The notes under the pieces were generated by a model. It had not been told where the DNA came from. It worked only from the letters and a program-made list of their open reading frames with translations, and did not search any database. Positions 40,200 to 49,366 of a stretch of DNA of 64,000 nucleotides are shown in pieces. The stretch's first letter is position 1, and each line of letters begins with the position of its first letter. The stretch is from contig DFOT01000012.1 of NCBI GenBank assembly GCA_002376875.1, forward strand, positions 181,951 to 245,950, written 5' to 3'. Source of the DNA: Opitutia bacterium UBA3534 (GTDB lineage Bacteria > Verrucomicrobiota > Verrucomicrobiia > Opitutales > UBA3534). A program made the translations under genes and the position numbers.

Positions 40200-41164
40200 T
40201 GTGGGAGAGTCTCCATTCCATTTTCGCCATGCACGTGTGCGTGGCAAAGGTGTAAGGCTGCCATGCGTATGGCAATGCCGTTAGTAACTTGTTCTAAAAT
40301 TTTGGTGCGGGGGCTATCTGCAACGTGGGCGTCTATCTCAACACCGCGGTTAATAGGACCTGGGTGAAGGATGATGGCCTCGGGCTTAAGCCAGCAGAGA
40401 CGCTCCTGGGTAAGGGCAAACTGTTTTGTGTATTCCCCTAGGGAAGGGATATTATTTTCTTTTTGGCGCTCCCGTTGGACGCGCAGCATGATAACGGCAT
40501 CGGCCTGGCTTACAGCGGATTTTAGGTCATGGGAGATCGTAATGCCAAAGTGTCTAAAGCCTTGTGGTACTAGGGGGGCTGGGCCTACCAGGGTGACAGA
40601 TGCTCCCAGTGTTTTTAATGCCCAGATGTTGGAGCGGGCAACACGGCTATGGAGGATGTCTCCGACGATCACAATCTCTTTGCCGGCTAAGTCTCCGTTA
40701 AAGTGTTCGTGTAGGGTGAAGCAGTCCAGGAGGGCTTGGGTAGGGTGCTCATGGGCACCATCACCTGCATTAATCACTGGGATGTCTACAATTTTGCTGA
40801 CAAAGTGAGCTGCCCCGGGGGAGCTATGGCGCATAACAATAATATCAACATCCAGGGCTTGGAGGTTGAGTGCTGTATCGCGCAGGCTTTCTCCTTTTGT
40901 GAGGCTACTGGCGCTGCCATTAAGGGTGGTGCTAGCAGCGTTAAGGCGCCGGGCTGCTGCATCAAAGGCCATTTGGGTCCGGGTGCTGGGCTCCAGGAAG
41001 AGGTTCGCGACCATCCGGTTTGCTAGGGAAGGGTGGGTGGCGCCTTTTTGGCTCAGCAGCTTTTTGAAGGGGGTTGCTGCGGCAAAAAGGGTCTGAATTT
41101 CTTGTTTAGAGAGCTCGTAAGTGCCCACTAAATCTTTGCGATTCCAGGAGTTGTTGGTACTCAT
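40196..41164 (-). CDS. pyrB: Aspartate carbamoyltransferase catalytic subunit
   Basis: EPSTRT, HPTQALLD, HSRVARSN and HPGP motifs. Confidence 0.96.
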   Translation of the reverse strand: MSTNNSWNRKDLVGTYELSKQEIQTLFAAATPFKKLLSQKGATHPSLANRMVANLFLEPSTRTQMAFDAAARRLNAASTTLNGSASSLTKGESLRDTALNLQALDVDIIVMRHSSPGAAHFVSKIVDIPVINAGDGAHEHPTQALLDCFTLHEHFNGDLAGKEIVIVGDILHSRVARSNIWALKTLGASVTLVGPAPLVPQGFRHFGITISHDLKSAVSQADAVIMLRVQRERQKENNIPSLGEYTKQFALTQERLCWLKPEAIILHPGPINRGVEIDAHVADSPRTKILEQVTNGIAIRMAALHLCHAHVHGENGMETLPQ

Positions 41165-41358
41165 CGATTTACAGAAAAGTGATAAATAAGCCTATTTCTA
41201 CGGCATATTGGCCTTTTTCCAGGCCTGGGGCAACTAAAATATATACATTTATCAAAAAAGACCAAAAACTCTGATCTTGCACATCAAGAGGCTAGCTGTA
41301 GCCTAAAAGCGTTCCCTTAATTCTCTGCCCTTATGTTGACCCCGTCTACTCCTATTTT

Positions 41359-42234
41359 ATGAGGCTTGAAGCATTCAAAAAAGTCAGTGTTTGCGTCCTG
41401 AGCTATAATCGTTGTCCAGAGCTCGAATTTACCCTGAATACACTCTATGATCAGGGCGACCTATTTGCAGAGGTGCTTGTTGCAGATAACGGCTCTACTG
41501 ATGGGAGCCTCGAAATGCTCGCGGCTCAATTCCCACAGGTGCAAGTCTATTCAACAGGCGGAAATGTTGGGAATTCGGGCTGGAATTGTATTTATGAGAA
41601 AGCCCAGGGGGACTGGGTCCTTTCTTTGGATGATGATAGCCACCCTGTTATTGAGACATTAGGGCCTATTGCTGAGGCCATTCACTCGGGCTGTTCGGCT
41701 GCAGCTATTGCCTGCTCTATGCGTAAAGACTCAGAGCACTTATCGGGAAAAGACGAGTCTCTGGTACCTGGCTATGGATTTAGCTCTGCTGGGGTATTTC
41801 TTAATAAAAAAGCACTTAATGCCCTTGGCGGGTACGATCCAGAATTGTTCATGTTTATGAATGATCTGGATTGGGCTGCAAGAGCCTTAGCTACAGGCTG
41901 GGAGATCTTACGTTGTGATAGTGCTACGGTGATTCACCGAGCAACACCCTTGCAACGGAGCCGGGCCCGCCATGCTTACTATTATTGTCGCAACACACTC
42001 TTGTGGATTTTGTATTATGTTCCTGCCCCTTTGCAGGCTCAGTACTTGGCCCGCTATTGTAGGGATGTTGCTTTGTTTACCGTATTACACCAAACTTTTC
42101 ATTATGCTAAAGCACTATGGGAAGGTGTAAGGCTTTTTAGGAAGAATAAAGCAAAAGAATTTCCTAAGCTTACGGAAGCTCAACTTAACCACGTGCGCCC
42201 TGATTTCCGGGCCCCTTTTGCTTATTTAGGATGA
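41359..42234 (+). CDS. GT2-family glycosyltransferase
   Basis: SYN, DNGSTDGS, LDDD and GGYD motifs. Confidence 0.88.
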   Translation: MRLEAFKKVSVCVLSYNRCPELEFTLNTLYDQGDLFAEVLVADNGSTDGSLEMLAAQFPQVQVYSTGGNVGNSGWNCIYEKAQGDWVLSLDDDSHPVIETLGPIAEAIHSGCSAAAIACSMRKDSEHLSGKDESLVPGYGFSSAGVFLNKKALNALGGYDPELFMFMNDLDWAARALATGWEILRCDSATVIHRATPLQRSRARHAYYYCRNTLLWILYYVPAPLQAQYLARYCRDVALFTVLHQTFHYAKALWEGVRLFRKNKAKEFPKLTEAQLNHVRPDFRAPFAYLG

Positions 42235-42686
42235 GTCACAAAAAACCCATACTCGTTGTTCGTAGTGTATCAATCGAAAAGTTATCAGCGGTTTTAGATG
42301 CCTGTGTACAGGAGTGGCCGGGACACCCTGTGTATGTGGTGAGTAGCCCAAATCGGATCGTAGAGCTCGAGCTTGATGAGCGCGTGGATAAAGCACTTCC
42401 TTATATTGTGGGGGCTTCAGGCTTTCGTAAGCCTTTTGATTGGGCGGAAGCCTTGGAAGCCGTTGTTTTCCCGGTGGGGAATCGCTATGGAGGGGGGTAT
42501 GCGAATGTGTTTAAAGCATTTTCTCGTTTGAAGGCAAAAAGCTTTTATCGAGCAGCCTATTCTAAAGAGCTTTTCCGTATGCGTGCATTCACGTTGTCTC
42601 TGAAGTATAATGTAGAGCTTTTTTTAGAGAAATTATTTGTTCCCTTTGGTGTGATTAGCTCTTTTTTAATTAGAATGAGAGGTTAG
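42231..42686 (+). CDS. Hypothetical protein resembling the N-terminal half of a GT9-type fold
   Basis: 151 aa beginning KKPILVVRS; ATGA overlap with the GT2 gene. Confidence 0.6.
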   Translation: MSHKKPILVVRSVSIEKLSAVLDACVQEWPGHPVYVVSSPNRIVELELDERVDKALPYIVGASGFRKPFDWAEALEAVVFPVGNRYGGGYANVFKAFSRLKAKSFYRAAYSKELFRMRAFTLSLKYNVELFLEKLFVPFGVISSFLIRMRG

Positions 42687-42688
42687 GT

Positions 42689-43555
42689 ATAAAAAAGTCT
42701 TTTTTGATTATAGGAAAGTCTGGCTATATTGCTCATGCCTTAGCTGCTTATTTAGATGGTCAGGGGCATAAAGTGCGTGCGGTAGGTTCTGATGAGTGTG
42801 ACTTTCGTGATAAGGATTCAGTACGTTCTTTTTTTAGCACTCTAGAGCCTGATCTATGGACAGTCGTGGTTACCGCAGCAGTAGGGCGCCTTGTGGCTAA
42901 TGATCATCGTAGTTTCTTAGATAATCTTGCTATTAGTCGTAATTGTGCGACTTATCTCCCCCAGGACTTAGTTCATAAACTAATTTTTCTGAGCAGTAGT
43001 GACGTTTATGGCCTGACTCCACCAATACCCTTGGTTGAAGACTCGCCAATAGCGGTTCATGATCCTTACGGCTTGTCTAAGTATGTTTCTGAGAGGATTT
43101 TTATGGATAAGTTTTCTGCTTCCTTGCCCTTGGCTATTTTGCGTTTACCAGGTGTTTATGGGAAAGGGTTTGCAGATAGGAGTGTGGTTGCCCGCTTCGC
43201 TCATTTTATGAAAGAGAGGAGGACTGTTACCTTGAGTGCGCAAGGACAGCCCTTACGTGATTTTGTACATGTGGAAGACCTCTGCTGTTTTATCGAGCAG
43301 GTCAGTACTAGTAGCGTGGAGGGTGTTTTTAATGTGGCAACGGGTGTTAGTTTTTCGATGAAAGACATTGCTTTTGGGTTGGCAGATGCTTTAGACTGTC
43401 GCTCTTTAGTTCTTTTAGACAAAACAAATACCCCGCGTGATTTTGATCTTGTTTTTGATACTAGAAAAATAAAAACCCTCTTCCCTCAATTTAAATTCAG
43501 GCCCCTTTCTGAAGGATTATTACCCTACTGTCAGGCGGCTGTTGTAACCCCTTAA
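42689..43555 (+). CDS. NAD-dependent epimerase/dehydratase (extended SDR)
   Basis: GKSGYIA, SSSDVYG, YGLSK and RDFVHV motifs. Start proposed at ATA 42689 (alternative TTG 42704). Confidence 0.85.
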   Translation: MKKSFLIIGKSGYIAHALAAYLDGQGHKVRAVGSDECDFRDKDSVRSFFSTLEPDLWTVVVTAAVGRLVANDHRSFLDNLAISRNCATYLPQDLVHKLIFLSSSDVYGLTPPIPLVEDSPIAVHDPYGLSKYVSERIFMDKFSASLPLAILRLPGVYGKGFADRSVVARFAHFMKERRTVTLSAQGQPLRDFVHVEDLCCFIEQVSTSSVEGVFNVATGVSFSMKDIAFGLADALDCRSLVLLDKTNTPRDFDLVFDTRKIKTLFPQFKFRPLSEGLLPYCQAAVVTP

Positions 43556-43571
43556 TCTATCAGTAAAAGCT

Positions 43572-44237
43572 ATGAGCGAAAGTCAAGATCTGTGGCAAAG
43601 TGTTAAGTCATCCGTAGAGCATACCCATTTTACCCTGGGGCCTTATTTTGGTTACCAATTAGTCCATACCCCGCGGCATCTTCTATTTACATTAGCACGT
43701 TATAAATTTGCAGCTAAGATGCTCCCCCCTGGGAAAAAGCTTAATGTTTTAGAAATGGGGTGTGGTGAAGGTGTTGGTACTTTGATGTTAGCAGAAAACG
43801 GGCATAAACTTACTGGGGTTGACTTTGATGGGAACGCTGTCCAGCACGCGCAGGAATCTATTGTAAATGAAAATATCCGCTTTAAAGAGGGAGACTTTCT
43901 GGTTTACCGTGATGAGCCTGTGGACGCGGTAGTGAGCCTCGATGTTATCGAACATATTGAGCAAGACCTTGAAAAAGCTTATTGCGAGACTGTGGTAGAG
44001 AACCTTACAGACAATGGATTTGCCATCATTGGAACGCCTAATATTACTGCAAACCAATATGCTTCTAAACCTAGTCAAATAGGTCATGTGAATTTATTTT
44101 CTGCAGAGCGTCTGCATGAGCTTTTCTCTCAGTATTTTCATAATGTGTTTAATTTTGGAATGAATGATGAGGTCGTGCATACAGGATTCTACCCTATGTG
44201 TCATTATCTGTTCGTTGTAGCGTGCAATAAAAAGTAA
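43572..44237 (+). CDS. Class I SAM-dependent methyltransferase
   Basis: VLEMGCGEG, GVDFD, DVIEH and GTPN motifs. Confidence 0.9.
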   Translation: MSESQDLWQSVKSSVEHTHFTLGPYFGYQLVHTPRHLLFTLARYKFAAKMLPPGKKLNVLEMGCGEGVGTLMLAENGHKLTGVDFDGNAVQHAQESIVNENIRFKEGDFLVYRDEPVDAVVSLDVIEHIEQDLEKAYCETVVENLTDNGFAIIGTPNITANQYASKPSQIGHVNLFSAERLHELFSQYFHNVFNFGMNDEVVHTGFYPMCHYLFVVACNKK

Positions 44238-44241
44238 GCGT

Positions 44242-46542
44242 GTGAATCTAGATCAGCATCCCAAAGGGTGGGCTTTATCCGGAGAATCTGTTGTCTGCGG
44301 TCGCTTTCCTTTTTGGGGTGACTTTATAAGACGCATTGCCCAGGAATGTGTTGATTACGTTTATTTGCCTGAATCAGTTTCTGCCGAACAGACGCAGAGC
44401 GTATTAGATTGGTTTGATAAGTATCGTCCAGGGTTTCTTACTCAAGATAAGTTAGTTCGCACTGCAGCGAAATTAAATGAACTTGGGGCTCTAGGGCTTT
44501 ATAGTTTTGGAGGGGCTTTGCCCGATAAGAATTTTTCAGGAAAGCTTATTGCTTCACTTTCTTGGGGAGATAAGGATTTTATCGCTGATCAGTTGAATTG
44601 CTATCAGGAACGTGGTGTATCGAGTGTTCTAAGCGAGTGTTTGCCTGAAGAGCTTCCTGTAGGTTTAGATGAATCGCTGTTGGATTATTTTTATGAGGCT
44701 GCATTTTGGTTGCCTCCTTATGTGCTTGAGGTGAGAGCACTTGAGTCTTCTAAGGCTTCAAAAGAAATTATGCTTATATGCTCTGAGGCTGCTCTAGAAA
44801 AAGGCTTTGCTGTTCTGGAGCCTGTTTTGAGTGAAGCTTTGGGTGTTACGCAGTTAAATATAAGTGAGTTAAATTTTGATGAGGGCTTTGAGGAGCTTGA
44901 TTCCTATTTTAGAAAACATAAAAAATGCGTCTTGGCTTTAGAAAACCCTCAGCATGCCTTTGCTATGCATTGTAGGGCAGAGCAGTTAGGCTGCTTAGTT
45001 TATAGCTTTGGAAGTGTATTATTGTCTCCTGTGCGTTTTGCACTTTTTCAGCACACGCTACCTTATAACAGGCTTCTTGATGACTCAATCATGGATAGAG
45101 TCCGTTTGCTATGTCAGGAGCTAAAGCATGTTGCTCAGCGAGAGGATCAGTTGGTTGAGAGGTTTACGCCTTCATCTAATGAGTGTATTGAATCCTTTGA
45201 GGCTGCCTTTTTGTCAAAAAGGATAGGGATGAGTGTAAATATAGACCCTTACTATGAGGCCTGGTCTTCATTTATTTTTGAAAATGGTTTTGATGCATTT
45301 TTTGTTTCTTTTTGGGAGAAGGGGGGTAATCACTCTTTTCTCTTGGGAGGTACTGGCGTTCCTTTCTTGGGAAGAGTAAATGAGGAAGACCGTAGTGGAT
45401 TAATTAATAAGTTTTTAAAGTTTTACAAAAACCTTTCGGGTGAGTTTCAGCCAAAGCTAAAAGGTTTTAAAGAAGACCTTCTTTTAAGCGCTCTTGGGTA
45501 TTATTTGATTTCCTTAAATAGAGTAGAGCATCCAGAATCTTTTTTTGAGCAGACACATTGTTATTATGATTTAGTTGAGATGCTTTTGGAATCGTTGAGT
45601 GCCGAAAGTATCCAGGCTTATGTTTTAGAAATTTATCGTACAAGCAATGCTCAAGGGATCTTTAGCTTGTTAGCTCGGCATAAAGCCAGGCAAGGGGCTG
45701 AGGATGAAGCCCTTGCACTGTGTAAACTAGACCGTGAATTGAGTAAAAGTGCTATTTGGGATGTTAATTACACTGCCTATCTATTTGGAAAGGGACAATG
45801 TTTTGAGGAAGGCGTGGCTTTTTGTCAGGAGCTTTATGAAAAGGAATCCTCGACTCAAGGTATGCTGACTTCGCTTGCTATTGGCGGCTTTGAAGCTTTA
45901 GGGCCCGAGCGGGCTTTATTTGAGTCAAAGGAAAAGTTTAAGACTCCTTTAGAAAAGTTGCAGGGGCTACTAAAAGAAGATATTCGTTTGGAGAAATATC
46001 GGAGTTGGACTATTCGTCTGCTTGGGCATATTAATTTTCTTTTAGGGGATCTAGATGCTCTTGAGGCTTTAATTAAGGAGCATTTTGTTTGTAAGAGTGT
46101 TCAGAAAAAAGAACGCATAGTTACTGCTTATGGGTTATGGAAGTTAGGGAAAGACACCCGGATTGATGCCCTCATAGAATTATTACTCCAAGATATTTCC
46201 TTGAGTGATCTACGAGAGCCTTTGATTGTTCTTGCTTATGCTTTTCTTAGGGCAATGGGCCATTCATGGAAAGAGGCTCGTGCAGGATTTAAAGTTTTTG
46301 TCGAACGTTGGCCTCATTTTCTTTCTCGGGAGACTTCAGTTAATGCCTCTTTAGATCACTGGTTAATGCTTGCCCTTGTTTTTTACAAAATTGGAGATAA
46401 AAACAAGTATGAATCGTTTTTAAATATATCCAAAGAGCTAGAGCCTAGAATTCCGATGAAAGAGGCCTACTCTTTATTAGTTAGGCCTATTGAAGATGAA
46501 TCATTAGGTGACTTAGTTCCTGTTTTTGAAGTTATTAATTAA
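44242..46542 (+). CDS. Large hypothetical protein, helical/TPR-like C-terminal half
   Basis: 766-aa ORF in an AT-rich part of the glycan locus; no recognisable catalytic motif. Confidence 0.7.
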   Translation: MNLDQHPKGWALSGESVVCGRFPFWGDFIRRIAQECVDYVYLPESVSAEQTQSVLDWFDKYRPGFLTQDKLVRTAAKLNELGALGLYSFGGALPDKNFSGKLIASLSWGDKDFIADQLNCYQERGVSSVLSECLPEELPVGLDESLLDYFYEAAFWLPPYVLEVRALESSKASKEIMLICSEAALEKGFAVLEPVLSEALGVTQLNISELNFDEGFEELDSYFRKHKKCVLALENPQHAFAMHCRAEQLGCLVYSFGSVLLSPVRFALFQHTLPYNRLLDDSIMDRVRLLCQELKHVAQREDQLVERFTPSSNECIESFEAAFLSKRIGMSVNIDPYYEAWSSFIFENGFDAFFVSFWEKGGNHSFLLGGTGVPFLGRVNEEDRSGLINKFLKFYKNLSGEFQPKLKGFKEDLLLSALGYYLISLNRVEHPESFFEQTHCYYDLVEMLLESLSAESIQAYVLEIYRTSNAQGIFSLLARHKARQGAEDEALALCKLDRELSKSAIWDVNYTAYLFGKGQCFEEGVAFCQELYEKESSTQGMLTSLAIGGFEALGPERALFESKEKFKTPLEKLQGLLKEDIRLEKYRSWTIRLLGHINFLLGDLDALEALIKEHFVCKSVQKKERIVTAYGLWKLGKDTRIDALIELLLQDISLSDLREPLIVLAYAFLRAMGHSWKEARAGFKVFVERWPHFLSRETSVNASLDHWLMLALVFYKIGDKNKYESFLNISKELEPRIPMKEAYSLLVRPIEDESLGDLVPVFEVIN

Positions 46543-46563
46543 ATTAAAAATATTATTACGAAT

Positions 46564-47739
46564 ATGAAACCCTTACGTATACTAAAGCTTTGTAATCTTT
46601 TTCATACTGAATTAATTCGAGACTTTTACCGCCGCCGCCCTGAGCAAAAAGACCTCTCCTATGAAGAGCAAAAGCAATACTTGGTTGAATATTGCCCGGT
46701 TCATTTAAATGGATTTTCTATTTACATGAGGGAGCTAGGTCATGAGTGTGAAGAAATTATTTTTGACTCCATGACAATTCAAAAGACCTGGGCAAAAGAA
46801 AATGATTGTACCTATGGCTCTAATAGTTGGCAGTTAGATATTGTGATGGAGCAGATCAAGTCTTACGCTCCAGATGTATTATACCTCCAGGATGTGAATG
46901 GGCTACCGCTTTGGATCCGCAGGAGGATTAAAGATTTAGTGCCTTCTATAAAACTTGTAGCTGTTTTTAAGGGCTACCCTGGGCTAGCTCATGAGCTGAC
47001 AGACATTGATGTTTTGTTTGCAGGCTCTCCTGTGATTGGGGATGATTATCGTGCAGGTGGGGTGAATGCTATTGATGTATATCACAGCTTTGACCCACGC
47101 GTTTTAGCCATGTTGCAAAAACACAGGCATATGCTTCCTCGTGAAGATTACGAGCTTTCGTTCCTGGGTTATTCAGGTTTCGGAGGAGGAGGGATTATGC
47201 ATTATAATCGTTACCAGATGCTTTGTGAGCTCGCAGAAAGAACAAACATCCAAATGTGGGTGACTGAAAGCCCTGGCTTACGTGCCCCTGACCTAGACCC
47301 TGAGGATCTTCCGTTGCTAGAACGCTATCCAGAGCGCACAACGTTGAGTTGTTTTGGTCTGGAGATGTATAATATTTTAAACCGCTCTAAAATGGTCTTT
47401 AATGTGCATACCTTAGCAACCCTAGATGTTGCTTGTAATATGCGCATGTTTGAGGCTACTGGAGCAGGGACTTGCTTGATTACTGACCAGAAGCGCAACC
47501 TTGCAGACTTATTCGAGCCCGATAAAGAAGTCGTTGTTTATAATTCGATAGAGGAATGTATTGAGAAGATTAATTACTTGAATGAGAATGAGAAAGAGCG
47601 CGCCGCAATTGCAAAAGCAGGGCAGGAGCGGACCTTGAAGGATCACGCCTTGCCACAACGTTGCGAGCGTATTAGTTACGAGCTTCAGGAGCTTATGAAG
47701 GGCGTTTCTGAAAAAAGTTATTCTTTTGCTCATGCCTAA
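46564..47739 (+). CDS. CgeB-like glycosyltransferase (GT-B)
   Basis: FGLEMY, NMRMFEATGAG..LITD, LFEPDKE and IAKAGQERTLKDH motifs. Confidence 0.87.
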   Translation: MKPLRILKLCNLFHTELIRDFYRRRPEQKDLSYEEQKQYLVEYCPVHLNGFSIYMRELGHECEEIIFDSMTIQKTWAKENDCTYGSNSWQLDIVMEQIKSYAPDVLYLQDVNGLPLWIRRRIKDLVPSIKLVAVFKGYPGLAHELTDIDVLFAGSPVIGDDYRAGGVNAIDVYHSFDPRVLAMLQKHRHMLPREDYELSFLGYSGFGGGGIMHYNRYQMLCELAERTNIQMWVTESPGLRAPDLDPEDLPLLERYPERTTLSCFGLEMYNILNRSKMVFNVHTLATLDVACNMRMFEATGAGTCLITDQKRNLADLFEPDKEVVVYNSIEECIEKINYLNENEKERAAIAKAGQERTLKDHALPQRCERISYELQELMKGVSEKSYSFAHA

Positions 47740-49366
47740 GGATAATACCCTCCTTGCTGTTTACGATCTGTCTGTAGGGCCGGATACCTACAACTTTGCT
47801 CCTTTTATTCTGCTTGCTCAGGCTGAACAAGCTTATCAAGGCTGTGAAAACCTCCATATAGCCTTGATCCCTGGAGATCGCCCCGGTTTTGATCTCTGGG
47901 AAGCAGAGCATAAGGGCTGGCGTTTACGTCAAATTGTTATGCCTTTGCTGAGTGCTTTTGCGCCTGAGGCACGTGTGAGCATTTTCTCGAAGCGCGAGCA
48001 GGCTAGGGAACTGATTGAGCAGACGCCTGCCAATCAACTCTGTCCAGTAAATTATTCTCTAGAAAAGCCTGTAGCTTCTTTTAGTTTAAAGGCCGTAGCC
48101 CAGGCTTTAGAGTCAGGTCGTTGTATTAAATCATACCCTCTCTCGAAGCAGGCAGATAGCTATATTAAGGCTTGGAAAGAGCGTTTTGTGGGTGAGCGTA
48201 AATTAATTACTATTACTCTACGGCAGGCTCATTATTGGCCTGAGCGCAATAGTGATATAGAGGCTTGGGTGAAATTTAGTAAAGCCCTAGACCCACAACG
48301 CTATTACCCTGTGTTTGTGTGTGATACTGATCAGGCTTTAAGCCCTGACCCGCGGTTGTTGGACTGTCAGCTCATGGCAGTGGCTAGCTTCAATGTAGAG
48401 ATGCGTCATGCACTTTATGAAAATAGTGCTTTGAATATGATGGTGAATGGAGGGCCTGCTATATTGTGTAACTATAGTCAGCAGGCTTCTTATCTGTATT
48501 TCAAGGTTTTGTCTCCGGGGGTTGTTTGTACTAATTTATCCTATTTTCAAAAAGAGGGGTTTTTGCCAGGGCGCCAGTGGTTTGGCGCTAAGAAGAACCA
48601 GCGTTTAATTTGGGAGGAAGATCGTTTTTCTATTATTTATAAAGCGTTTGATGAGATGGATAAACGACTCGATGGGGAGGCGCTCACACTTTTAGAGGAT
48701 CTCTGTATGCTCTCAAGCAAAGCCCTTAGTCTAGGGGATGTTGAAGCAGCCTGGGATTGGTCTGCTTTGGCTGTTAGTTTTTATGATCAAGCGCCTGAGG
48801 CTTGGTTGTTGCGGGTGCGGGTCCTTCTTCAGACGGGGCGTTTCTTAGAGGGGTGCTACAACTTAGTTTATGGCTTTCAGGTATGCGCTGGTCTTGGAAG
48901 TCTGTGGGAGGGTGCAGTAGAAAAACAATTGGGGACTGCTCAAGAGCAGTGTTTTGTACAAGCCACCCTTTTTAAGGAAGCTTACCCTAATTGGAAGGAG
49001 GCTCTTTTATCCAAAGTAAAGCGGTTTGAAAGAGAGCAGATGCAGGTGCTTAATAAACTCTTGTCGGGAAAGAAAGTACTTGTTTTTGGTACAGGACAAG
49101 GGGCTGAGCAGGCCTGTGCGCTTTTTGAAGGTCTGTGGGATGTTGTTGCTTTTCTGGATAATGATGTAGCCAAACAAGGGGCTTTATTCCAAGGAGTACC
49201 TGTGCTCGCTATTCAGGCATTAGAGCGTATGGAGTGGGATTTTATAGTTATTGCAAGCAGCTTTGCTGAAGCGATAAATACTCAACTTCTCTCGGAAGGT
49301 GTTGATCTTTCTAGTGTTATTACTTTAGGTTCAAGTATTCTTGAGCCTCAATCTATTATTGTATGA
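47726..49366 (+). CDS. Putative glycosyltransferase-like protein with TPR-like linker and C-terminal Rossmann module
   Basis: YDL..P, ITLR...RNS and NGGP in the N-domain; C-terminal VFGTG...FLDND..KQG...GVPV...IVIAS. Confidence 0.65.
   Translation: MLMPKDNTLLAVYDLSVGPDTYNFAPFILLAQAEQAYQGCENLHIALIPGDRPGFDLWEAEHKGWRLRQIVMPLLSAFAPEARVSIFSKREQARELIEQTPANQLCPVNYSLEKPVASFSLKAVAQALESGRCIKSYPLSKQADSYIKAWKERFVGERKLITITLRQAHYWPERNSDIEAWVKFSKALDPQRYYPVFVCDTDQALSPDPRLLDCQLMAVASFNVEMRHALYENSALNMMVNGGPAILCNYSQQASYLYFKVLSPGVVCTNLSYFQKEGFLPGRQWFGAKKNQRLIWEEDRFSIIYKAFDEMDKRLDGEALTLLEDLCMLSSKALSLGDVEAAWDWSALAVSFYDQAPEAWLLRVRVLLQTGRFLEGCYNLVYGFQVCAGLGSLWEGAVEKQLGTAQEQCFVQATLFKEAYPNWKEALLSKVKRFEREQMQVLNKLLSGKKVLVFGTGQGAEQACALFEGLWDVVAFLDNDVAKQGALFQGVPVLAIQALERMEWDFIVIASSFAEAINTQLLSEGVDLSSVITLGSSILEPQSIIV

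Noticed and set aside
41165-41358. PyrR attenuator upstream of pyrB
   Set aside because: Only short hairpins; no PyrR-binding loop consensus or U-tailed terminator seen.
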